A DNA stretch of 18,789 nucleotides from Breznakia sp. PF5-3 (GTDB lineage Bacteria; Bacillota_I; Bacilli_A; Erysipelotrichales; Erysipelotrichaceae), in contig NZ_JAQFIQ010000045.1 in NCBI RefSeq assembly GCF_029504745.1, forward strand, positions 1 to 18,789. Reading direction: 5' to 3'. Position numbers and translations under genes: made by a program. Of this stretch, positions 1-8,132 are shown in pieces. Each line of letters opens with the position of its first letter. The first letter of the stretch is position 1. Under the pieces are notes generated by a model. It was not told the origin of the DNA. It was given only the letters and a program-made list of their open reading frames with translations, and did no database searches.

Positions 1-27
1 CATTGTATATTTTTGATTTCTTCCCAT
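1..27 (-). CDS. Possible 5' end of another minus-strand gene (first 9 codons MGRNQKYTM; continues out of the window)
   Basis: ATG (complement of 25-27) is preceded by AAGGGGG (complement of 35-41) with a 7-nt spacer. Only 27 nt are visible, so the product cannot be assigned. Confidence 0.25.
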
Positions 28-30
28 ATT

Positions 31-84
31 AAAACCCCCTTAAATTAAAGTGCTTTATTTATTTGCACTGTATACCTAAGGGGG
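31..84 (-). terminator. Rho-independent terminator downstream of the giant surface-protein gene
   Basis: On the minus strand, CCCCCUUAG (complement of 76-84) pairs with UUAAGGGGG (complement of 35-43). There is an inner AGTGC/GCACT stem, and the hairpin is followed by UUUU (complement of 31-34). It lies about 55 nt after the stop at 139. Confidence 0.7.
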
Positions 85-138
85 ATAACATCATTGAATC
101 GGTTTTTTGTTAATAAATCTTTTTATGATTGCAGATCT

Positions 139-3100
139 TTATGCTTTTCTTTTTCTTCCTACTACAAAGATTCCTAACATGGATACACCAAGCATGATTA
201 TCAACTTTTCAATATTACTTTCATCACCTGTACTTGGTGAATATGTTGCTGTCATTTTACTAGGTTTTCTTTTATCCTTTGATGGACTGCTTTGCTTGTT
301 TTTTTCAAATTTCCAAACACCTTTAAATTTCTCATCTGCTTTATTTATTGTTTTTGTGTTTTCATCATAGCCTTTAAATGTCCACACTCCATCATTGACA
401 CTATCTACATACGTTGTTGTACTTGGTAGAGTTGCTGATACCGATTCTTTATTTACTAAATTCATTATATCTTCTGGTAAATAACTATCAATTGCGGTTG
501 GCAAAGATAAACCGTCGGTTCCACTTTCAAATGTATGAACTGCTTTATATTTATTTGCTTCAAATTCCCAAACACCCTTAAACTTCACATTTGCTTTATT
601 TATTGTTTTTGTGTTTTCATCATAGCCTTTAAATGTCCACACTCCATCATTGACACTATCTACATACGTTGTTGTACTTGGTAGGGTTGCTGATACCGAT
701 TCCTTATTTATTAAATCCGTTATATCTTCTGGTAAATAGCTATCAATTGCTGTCGGTAAAGCTACTCCACTTGTCCCACTTTCAAATATATGAACTGCTT
801 TATATCGGTTGATTTTAAATTCCCATGTTCCTTCAAAATTTACATCCGCTTTATTTATTGTCGTTGTTGTGACATCATAACCCTTAAATGTCCATACTCC
901 ATCATTGACACTGTCTGCATATGTCGTTGTAGTTGGTAGGGTTGGTGTTACAGCTTCTTTATTTACTAAATTCGTTATATCTTTTGGTAAATAACTATCA
1001 ATCGCGGTTGGTAAAGCTACCCCTTCAGTTCCACTTTTAAAACTATGAGTTGCTTTATATTTGTTTGCTTCAAATTCCCATATACCTTCAAAATTTATAT
1101 CCGCCTTATTAATCGTTTTAATAAGCGCATCGTACCTTTTAAACGTCCACACTCCATCATTGATACTATCTACATACGTTGTTGTCGTTGGCAAGGTTGG
1201 TGTTACAGAAGTTTTATTCACTAAATTCGTTACAACACTTGGTAAATAATCATTAATTGCAGTTGGTAAAGCTACTCCTTCGGTTCCACTTTTAAAGCTA
1301 TATGTTGCTTTATATTTATTTGCTTCAAATTCCCATGTTCCTTCAAAATTTACATCTGCATTATTTATTGTCTTTGTTGCAGCATCATAATTTTTAAACG
1401 TCCATACTCCATCATTAATACTATCTGCATAGGTTGTTGTCGTTGGTAAAGTTGGTGATACAGACGCTGTATTTACTAGATTTGTTATATCTTCTGGCAA
1501 ATAGTCATCAATTGCGGTTGGTAAATCCAACCCTTCGGTTCCACTTTTAAAACTATGGGTTGCTTTATACGTCTTCTTTATACCTAACAATATATCTTTT
1601 GAAGTATAATAATCTTTACTAAAATCAGCTACAACTTCTATTTCTGCCAATTTCGTATCCGGATTATACCATGAAGAATTTGCTCCATCATCACCATCTG
1701 CAAACGCCTCTACTAACGTTATTGGTGATGATACAACCTTTACTGTATACTTTCCATCCGATGGAACAGCAAAGCGATATTCCCCATCACTATTTGTTGT
1801 TGTGATACTGCTATCTGGTTGATTATCTATTTCAACACCATCTTTGTACACTTTTAATTCAATTCCTGCTTTTGGTAATTCTAAAATTCGATCATAAAGT
1901 GCATTTTCAATTTCATCATACCAAGCATGTCCATATAATTCCATATCCGTTAATGTATATGTCATTAAAGATGTATGATACCCAACATTACTTAACCAAT
2001 CATTATTAGCTTGTCTTTGAATATTGCTGTAATAGATTGTACTTGAAGTTTGTTCTCCAACAACACTTTTATCTTCACTTAATGCACATTTTATCTCAAA
2101 ATCATAAGCTTCAAAAGGCTTAATATTTTTTACGATTACTTTTATCATTGTTGCTGCTTCCAATTCTTCTAATGTTGTTGCAGCATTCCATTCTTTATAT
2201 TCACCTGTAGGATCTTCTAATCCACTATTTAAGTTATTCATACTTGGTGTTGTAGATGTTGAATAATAAAGCGTATATTCAACATCACCAGTTGCTGAAT
2301 CCATACTACTAAAATCATAGCCTATCGCATTCATTGAAAAATCATCCGCTGCTGACTCTTTTTCATCAAGTCCTTCAAAGTAAGTATAAGTATTTCCTTT
2401 TTTAGGAATTGGAATATATACAGAGTAATTGTAAATTTCATTACTTCCTGAAGTAATATCACCAAAAATGTTTGCTTTCATACTAAATAAATTATCAACG
2501 GTTGTGATTGCTTTGCTACTTACAGCTGTTCCTTGATCATATGGAGCCTTCGCAAGAACCGACCCATTGATTCCAGTTCTTAATCTCATTTGAATACTAT
2601 GTGTTGTCGTAACATCTGCATGAAGCATTCTATTTTTTCCAGTCGTTTCATTAAAGAATTCTTCACCAAAAGGAGCCCCTGTTTTAGTTGTATCTTTCGA
2701 CTCTATAGAATCTCCCGTCTCTACATCATAGTCTTTTTCAAAATCATAATAAGAACCATCTCGATTTGAATCATATGCGCTATCCATCCAACTTTCTAAT
2801 ACAGGTTTTGCTGTATGTATAGCCTCTGCATTAGGGCTTACATATAAATCAAAAGTCTTCGTAAAGTTTGTATTTCGTTCAATCCCTTCTAAACAACCAC
2901 TATAATCAACAATTAAGTATCCGTACTCTATACTTCCAGAACTCAACTCTCCTGTTCCAGGAGGTAAATATACAACCGTTGCCCCTTCTGGAAGTCCGCC
3001 AATACTATCTTTTACATATGTGAAATCTTTATGAATTTTATAATAAATTGTTGGTCTAATTTTTAATTCAGAATCAATATCTTTTGTTTCATCTGTAAAG

Positions 3101-6100
3101 TTGTATTTCTGTGTACTTGTCACCGTCAATGTATTTCCTTGATATGTACTTGTTGTACTCGCACTTCCTTTATAACTAATTGCTTCATTAAAAGAGTTTA
3201 CATACATAACAGGACGTGCTATTTTACTACTTCTTCCATTCGCATTCAATTCATACTTACTTCCATAAATATCATCAAAAGATAATGCTACTGCTACTTT
3301 TAATTGATCATAATTAACCCCTGTACCATCTTTATTATCTCCACTTAAATCACTTGTGGATCCATCAAACTGCCCTATTTCAACTTTTGATATCGGGTAT
3401 GTTTTTGGCAAGGCTGCATTAGCACGAGCCAATGCTACTTTTGGTAGTTTACTTGCAAATTGTGATTCTCTTTGCCACGTTGTAGCATTATTCACATCAT
3501 ATTTGCTTCCATTAGATCCCCAGTTTACATCATTTGGTACACTTACTTTAAGTGCTGTTATATAATCTCCATCCAAAACATTAAATTCTGGTACAAGTGA
3601 ACTCAATGTAAAAGGTTTTGTATGACTATCACTATAACGTGTATCCCATGCTGTAGGTTCGTACCAACCACTAGATTCTGATAACCAATAACCTGATGTA
3701 CAACTTCTTAACGCTCCAATATCCTCAAATGATTTCGTTACATATTCACCAGAACTTGATTCATAGTAAGTAAACTCAATATTTAAATATGATCTTTCAT
3801 CAATATAAATTGCATTTGTAAGTGCTAGTATTTCTTCATTTGTATCAGAAAAATCATAGATTACATTTTGATAATGCATCTGTTCCCCACTTGGGCTCTT
3901 TGGTTCTACAACACCTAAAATATGATCTTTTGCTGTTCTCGTTCCTACATTACTAAGTCCTGTAGCTACGGCATTCGGTGCTACATACCAATCTAATTCT
4001 GAAACACTTAATGTTTTTGGATAACTTCCAAGTATTATTTTTCGCGAAGTACCTACAACACTCGCTGGATGATATTCATGTGCTAAATCATCTCGATTAC
4101 AATCCATACTCACCGAATAAGATAAGCTTATTCCTGAACCTAGATCTTTTCCATTTATCTCTCCATCACTATTCTTGTCACCTATTACTGCATCATATCC
4201 CATATGTCCTGGTTTGATGGTCTTTGCATATAACCCTTGAACACATACAACCGAACTATTATCTGTAATTTCCCATGTATTTACATCATATAATGCTACC
4301 GTAATACTCGTCGCGTATGTTCCTCCGTTGGCAGCGATAATTTCATCCAATTTATATAGTTCACTCTCTTCAAGAACATTTCCATTTTGTCCACTTAGAT
4401 TTGAAACTACAATTCCTGGTTGGGTATCTCCTTCACTTGGATAACGAAAATAAGAAGCCGCTACTTTTTCACGATATGCTTCAGCATCATTTAAAACCTT
4501 ATGCTCTACTCCGTTCTCATCAACATAGCTAACTAATTGTTGTCTTGATGTTCCTACGCGATCAATCATTGCTACTGCATCACCTGAAATAGTAACCGTT
4601 ACAGGATTAAATTCTGGTGAAGTTGAAGGATATGTATTTCCTTCTGCGTCAATGTTATAGTCCATTGTCGATGCACGTTTTCGAATCCCATAAGAAATAA
4701 AACGAACACTATCTTTGTGATTATTTACCTCAACAGTTCCTGACCCATTGAGAAAGGCACTAGCATAAGAAGCATCTCCAACACCAAACAATTGTAAATC
4801 ATCTTTCTTTTCCGTTAACTTTATTACAATATCTTTTGTTATTGCTCCACCTTTCGATTGCAAATCCTTTGAATCCAATTCTCTTACTATTTTTGCTTCA
4901 TATCCATCTGGAATATCAGCACCAGTACTTGGGAACTTATCATATGTTTTCATCGTTGCATCAAACCAAACAATTCTTCCACCCGTAGTAATAGCAGTTG
5001 TCCAACTAAATTTATTATTTACAGGAATAATTTCTATTTTTGAAATATAGCCCCTTCCCAATTCACTTGAAGCATCATAAGTATCTCCATCACCAATATT
5101 CATAACTTTAAATGGTGTAGATTCATTGTCTTTATAAAATTGATAGATAAATCCTTGATCTTTTGTTGTTTTCAAACCTGTTAATGCGATTGGTGATAAT
5201 TCTTCTTTAAATGTATACGTCACCTTAAAATCTTCTTCAATTCTCCAACTTGTTTCTTTTCCTACATCAAATACCATTCCAAAACTAAGATCTTTTGTAT
5301 TATATCCTACTTCTTTACTCTTATACTGCTCTAGTTTTGTTTGCAACGTATTTCCTATATACGCTTCTCTAGAATGAAGATTTTCTCCCTCTTGCCAATA
5401 CAAATCACCATTTTTAAGCATAAAAGATACTTTATCACCAGTTAATGATTTTATACTTTGACTAGTATCAAAAAGCATATAGTCCATTGAAACTACATCA
5501 CTTGCTTCATATAATGTATTCTCTTCAATACTATGATATTTACTTTTAACACCTACTTTGATTGTTATGGTTCCTTCTCGCTCTAAAAAATCCATCCATG
5601 ATGCATTATCTGCTGCAGTCACATAATCCATTGCAGAATGAATATTAGCATATGGATTAAGCGTAATTGTATTGCCTGAAATTGTCCGACCAAGGTTTAC
5701 TTCATTTCCTAGTTTATCTTTAAACACAGCCGTTATATTTATAGGTTCAATAAAACAATTGGGTAATGGTATTTCTATTTTCATATCCGTTGTGAAATAA
5801 CCTGCTGTTTTTTCAATATCAATCATGAACATATTATTTGCTGCTGCAATTGTTTCTTCATTTGCTGATAAAGCCTTCCCATCAACTCTTCCTCCAAAGA
5901 CTGCCCCCAGCTCTTTTGGTGTAAGTTGTTTTGTTTCAATACTGTTTATAGAATAATTCGCTTCTTTCTTATTAACCGTAAAATCCATATAATTCGTATA
6001 TCCATCTTCACCTTCATCATATAATGTTCCGCGATTTGTATCATCGATATAATTACAATAATTTTGTAATCCAAAACGATATACTTTATCTTCACTCATA

Positions 6101-6714
6101 TCCTTTAAAATTCCTAAAGCATCTTGTTGAACTTCAAATGAAACAGCAAACATATTGATATCTTCATTTGGTAAATCCATATCAATTTGTTGTACACCTT
6201 CTGCTGTTGTTGTAATTTTTATATTCTTCATTTTTAATTCTTCTAACATCTTTGTAATTGTTGCATCATCTGCTGTCAGTGAAAAATGCTTTGGCACAGT
6301 AAAAACTAAGTGACGATTTACGCCACCTTCTGCTAATGACATTGGTGTTACTTGATACAAAACGGTAAATGTACGTGTCTGTAATGTTCCAACCGAAAAT
6401 GATGATGGATCTTTTAAAACTACATTGCTACTTGATAAATATACTCTATTCATCGCTGAGCGCATTTGGGTAGGAAGTTTTATTTCTTCCACATCAACTT
6501 TTTCATGACCCTCTTTTACCACTTCTTTTGTTTCTTCTTCAATATTTGTTTCTGTAACTTCTTCATTTCCTGTCTCTGTTACAACTTCATTTTGGGGTAT
6601 ACTGTCCTGTGCATTAATATACACAGATAACCCTTGTGTTACGATTAGCAAAATACTCATCATTATTATAATGAGCTGCATTCGTTTAACAAAATAATTT
6701 TTCTTTCTTTTCAT
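139..6714 (-). CDS. Giant cell-wall-anchored surface protein (2191 aa): signal peptide, orphan ~1550-aa region, CnaB-like module, 5 SHIRT-like repeats, SPSTG sorting signal
   Basis: A single open frame runs 139-6753. I place the start at ATG 6712-6714 because GGAGG (complement of 6720-6724) lies 5 nt upstream. The N-terminus MKRKKNYFVKRMQLIIIMMSILLIVTQGLSVYINA/QD reads as a Sec signal peptide (6610-6714). The C-terminus has SPSTG, then a hydrophobic helix, then GRKRKA. Confidence 0.93.
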   Translation of the reverse strand: MKRKKNYFVKRMQLIIIMMSILLIVTQGLSVYINAQDSIPQNEVVTETGNEEVTETNIEEETKEVVKEGHEKVDVEEIKLPTQMRSAMNRVYLSSSNVVLKDPSSFSVGTLQTRTFTVLYQVTPMSLAEGGVNRHLVFTVPKHFSLTADDATITKMLEELKMKNIKITTTAEGVQQIDMDLPNEDINMFAVSFEVQQDALGILKDMSEDKVYRFGLQNYCNYIDDTNRGTLYDEGEDGYTNYMDFTVNKKEANYSINSIETKQLTPKELGAVFGGRVDGKALSANEETIAAANNMFMIDIEKTAGYFTTDMKIEIPLPNCFIEPINITAVFKDKLGNEVNLGRTISGNTITLNPYANIHSAMDYVTAADNASWMDFLEREGTITIKVGVKSKYHSIEENTLYEASDVVSMDYMLFDTSQSIKSLTGDKVSFMLKNGDLYWQEGENLHSREAYIGNTLQTKLEQYKSKEVGYNTKDLSFGMVFDVGKETSWRIEEDFKVTYTFKEELSPIALTGLKTTKDQGFIYQFYKDNESTPFKVMNIGDGDTYDASSELGRGYISKIEIIPVNNKFSWTTAITTGGRIVWFDATMKTYDKFPSTGADIPDGYEAKIVRELDSKDLQSKGGAITKDIVIKLTEKKDDLQLFGVGDASYASAFLNGSGTVEVNNHKDSVRFISYGIRKRASTMDYNIDAEGNTYPSTSPEFNPVTVTISGDAVAMIDRVGTSRQQLVSYVDENGVEHKVLNDAEAYREKVAASYFRYPSEGDTQPGIVVSNLSGQNGNVLEESELYKLDEIIAANGGTYATSITVALYDVNTWEITDNSSVVCVQGLYAKTIKPGHMGYDAVIGDKNSDGEINGKDLGSGISLSYSVSMDCNRDDLAHEYHPASVVGTSRKIILGSYPKTLSVSELDWYVAPNAVATGLSNVGTRTAKDHILGVVEPKSPSGEQMHYQNVIYDFSDTNEEILALTNAIYIDERSYLNIEFTYYESSSGEYVTKSFEDIGALRSCTSGYWLSESSGWYEPTAWDTRYSDSHTKPFTLSSLVPEFNVLDGDYITALKVSVPNDVNWGSNGSKYDVNNATTWQRESQFASKLPKVALARANAALPKTYPISKVEIGQFDGSTSDLSGDNKDGTGVNYDQLKVAVALSFDDIYGSKYELNANGRSSKIARPVMYVNSFNEAISYKGSASTTSTYQGNTLTVTSTQKYNFTDETKDIDSELKIRPTIYYKIHKDFTYVKDSIGGLPEGATVVYLPPGTGELSSGSIEYGYLIVDYSGCLEGIERNTNFTKTFDLYVSPNAEAIHTAKPVLESWMDSAYDSNRDGSYYDFEKDYDVETGDSIESKDTTKTGAPFGEEFFNETTGKNRMLHADVTTTHSIQMRLRTGINGSVLAKAPYDQGTAVSSKAITTVDNLFSMKANIFGDITSGSNEIYNYSVYIPIPKKGNTYTYFEGLDEKESAADDFSMNAIGYDFSSMDSATGDVEYTLYYSTSTTPSMNNLNSGLEDPTGEYKEWNAATTLEELEAATMIKVIVKNIKPFEAYDFEIKCALSEDKSVVGEQTSSTIYYSNIQRQANNDWLSNVGYHTSLMTYTLTDMELYGHAWYDEIENALYDRILELPKAGIELKVYKDGVEIDNQPDSSITTTNSDGEYRFAVPSDGKYTVKVVSSPITLVEAFADGDDGANSSWYNPDTKLAEIEVVADFSKDYYTSKDILLGIKKTYKATHSFKSGTEGLDLPTAIDDYLPEDITNLVNTASVSPTLPTTTTYADSINDGVWTFKNYDAATKTINNADVNFEGTWEFEANKYKATYSFKSGTEGVALPTAINDYLPSVVTNLVNKTSVTPTLPTTTTYVDSINDGVWTFKRYDALIKTINKADINFEGIWEFEANKYKATHSFKSGTEGVALPTAIDSYLPKDITNLVNKEAVTPTLPTTTTYADSVNDGVWTFKGYDVTTTTINKADVNFEGTWEFKINRYKAVHIFESGTSGVALPTAIDSYLPEDITDLINKESVSATLPSTTTYVDSVNDGVWTFKGYDENTKTINKANVKFKGVWEFEANKYKAVHTFESGTDGLSLPTAIDSYLPEDIMNLVNKESVSATLPSTTTYVDSVNDGVWTFKGYDENTKTINKADEKFKGVWKFEKNKQSSPSKDKRKPSKMTATYSPSTGDESNIEKLIIMLGVSMLGIFVVGRKRKA
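142..240 (-). other. C-terminal sortase sorting signal with the non-canonical pentapeptide SPSTG
   Basis: SPSTG is encoded at 226-240, followed by DESNIEK, the hydrophobic stretch LIIMLGVSMLGIFVVG (157-204) and the basic tail RKRKA. This is the classic tripartite sorting-signal layout, with (S/P)PxTG in place of LPxTG. Confidence 0.8.
295..1569 (-). repeat. Five in-frame tandem repeats of exactly 255 bp (85 aa), SHIRT-like stalk domains
   Basis: Repeat units are 1315-1569, 1060-1314, 805-1059, 550-804 and 295-549. Each starts YKA(T/V)(H/Y)xF(K/E)SGT and contains LPTAI(D/N)xYLP, TLP(T/S)TTTY, NDGVWTFK.YD and F(E/K)G.W(E/K)F. The two distal units share a 93-nt identical block (337-429 = 592-684). 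Confidence 0.95.
1570..1938 (-). other. CnaB / SdrD-B-like beta-sandwich module just upstream of the repeats
   Basis: The motif GIELKVYKDGVEIDNQPDSSITTTNSDGEYRFAVPSDGKYTVKVV resembles the T(D/N)xxGxYxF..(L/V)xxGxYxV signature of Cna-B-type stalk domains. Assigned by eye only. Confidence 0.5.
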
Positions 6715-6981
6715 TTCGCCCTCCTCATAAATCCCATACATATGAGATTCCAAACTTAATTTATTACTAATTATCCTTCCCTAAATCCTGTCTGCTTTTG
6801 CATATAAATGTTTTCCTCCATATCTCTTTTTTTACCCCCTTTGCATGGTTTTTCATTTATGTACAATTAATTCATCCTTTCTTTAATCCTTACCTTTCAT
6901 TAATTAGACAGTTCTTTTCCGAATATCGTTCGACTTTTTTGAATATTTTTCATTTTTCTTACATTTTGATGCAAATATAAC

Positions 6982-7014
6982 AAAAAAGGCCTTAACACTA
7001 CGGTTAATGGCCTT
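6982..7014 (-). terminator. Rho-independent terminator after the DUF2974 gene
   Basis: On the minus strand, AAGGCCAUUAAC, a CGUAGU loop and GUUAAGGCCUU form a stem with one bulge, followed by UUUUUUG (complement of 6982-6987). It starts 18 nt after the stop at 7032. Confidence 0.8.
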
Positions 7015-7031
7015 AAGCTGAATATATTCAC

Positions 7032-8117
7032 TTATGCTTCTTTCTTCTCTTTCCAAACCAAAAACTTCAACATTGATTTAATGGTTTTAAAAATATAAGA
7101 CCGTGTTTCTTTATCCAACGTTTTAATTGATTTAAAAATAATAGAAGCATTTTGTTTCCAAGAAGAAGTAAACTCTTCCAAAGTTTTCGCATCACACCCT
7201 CGATAAATATCATATACACCTTCCACAAATTTCTCTTTATCTTTTGTATCAAGTGTATCTAACCAGCGATTCAATTTATAATTCATACGCATTAAGCTTT
7301 TATTCGGTTTTTCCAAATATATGAAATCTCCATTCTTAACTTCCCAAGAAAACGGATCGTGTTGTGTAATCCATATATTTTTACTGCGAATAATTGTATA
7401 ATCACTTTCTTCTTCAAACAAAATTCCTACCATTGATGATTGTGGCATAATTTTAATCACTCGCTCTTTAATATTTTGATAAGCACTACTTTGCCTAATC
7501 TCACTACGAAATCCTGGACCATCAAAACTATAAATAAGTTTTATTTTATCTTGTAAAGTTGTATTGATATGCATTGTTGAATACATTGCAATATTTCCAC
7601 CTTTTGAATGTCCACCAACAATTATATTACCATCTAATAAAGGTAGTATGTGTTCTAAATATCGAACCCCTGCTGTTTGTGATGGAATTGGCGATTGAAA
7701 TAACATATTAAAATCTTCTTTCCACCCTACAATCGTAGAATCTGTTCCTCTAAAAACAATATAGGTACACTCTTGCAGATAAAAAGTTACTGCAGAAAAT
7801 TGTTTTTCGCTAATTTCATCAATGTGATTGATATAGTAATTTAAATGTAAATGAGAATAACGCTTACTACTAGCAATAGCTAACAGTAAGCGTCTATTTT
7901 TCCCACCATTTAGAATACTCTTTGCTAGCACATTTAAATCTAATGCTTTTACTATTTGTTGAATTGATACCTTTCGCTTTTGCTCACTAATGTGAGGAAC
8001 ACTTTCAAAATCAATGTAAGATAATTGTGCTAATACCAATGCATCGACATTATTAAAAGGCTTTTCTAAAAAAGTTTTATTTTTATACTTTTTAACATAA
8101 TAAATAATATCTTGCAT
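7032..8117 (-). CDS. DUF2974 / Mbeg1-like alpha/beta-hydrolase (lipase-like)
   Basis: 361 aa. The N-terminus MQDIIYYVKKYKNKTFLEKPFNNVDALVLAQLSYIDF is typical of this family. The nucleophile elbow GGHSKGGNIA fits GxSxG. GGAGG lies 4 nt before the ATG at 8117. Confidence 0.75.
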   Translation of the reverse strand: MQDIIYYVKKYKNKTFLEKPFNNVDALVLAQLSYIDFESVPHISEQKRKVSIQQIVKALDLNVLAKSILNGGKNRRLLLAIASSKRYSHLHLNYYINHIDEISEKQFSAVTFYLQECTYIVFRGTDSTIVGWKEDFNMLFQSPIPSQTAGVRYLEHILPLLDGNIIVGGHSKGGNIAMYSTMHINTTLQDKIKLIYSFDGPGFRSEIRQSSAYQNIKERVIKIMPQSSMVGILFEEESDYTIIRSKNIWITQHDPFSWEVKNGDFIYLEKPNKSLMRMNYKLNRWLDTLDTKDKEKFVEGVYDIYRGCDAKTLEEFTSSWKQNASIIFKSIKTLDKETRSYIFKTIKSMLKFLVWKEKKEA

Positions 8118-8132
8118 ATTACCTCCAATACT

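Noticed and set aside
295-1569. Regular repeat array considered as a CRISPR or other non-coding array
   Set aside because: The period is 255 bp, there are no short unique spacers, and all units are in frame within one CDS and translate to a conserved 85-aa domain.
4144-4179. Dockerin (cellulosome-type) assignment for the DKNSDGEINGKD loop
   Set aside because: Only one Ca-loop is present. Type I dockerins need a duplicated 22-residue segment. No cohesin or scaffoldin context is present.
107-4217. Plus-strand ORFs 107-370, 1061-1249, 3356-3565 and 3978-4217, antisense to the giant gene
   Set aside because: These are short frames with hydrophobic or low-complexity translations and no RBS. 107-370 starts at an alternative TTG. 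All are fully nested in a strongly supported 6.6-kb CDS and look like shadow ORFs of AT-rich DNA.
6715-6753. In-frame N-terminal extension of the giant ORF (MESHMYGIYEEGE) as given by the ORF track
   Set aside because: The extension has no RBS and contains the GGAGG that serves the ATG at 6714. The signal peptide starts at that downstream Met.
6771-6821. 16-codon uORF (MEENIYMQKQTGFREG) in the adhesin upstream region
   Set aside because: It has no adequately spaced RBS, I cannot assess conservation, and it is too short to support from sequence alone.
6798-6980. Plus-strand 60-aa ORF in the intergenic region
   Set aside because: The translation is an F/I/L-rich, low-complexity product of AT-rich sequence. 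It has no RBS and runs through the probable adhesin promoter and leader.
7067-7252. Alternative-frame 61-aa minus-strand ORF inside the DUF2974 gene
   Set aside because: It is nested out of frame in a CDS with clear family motifs and has no independent start signals.
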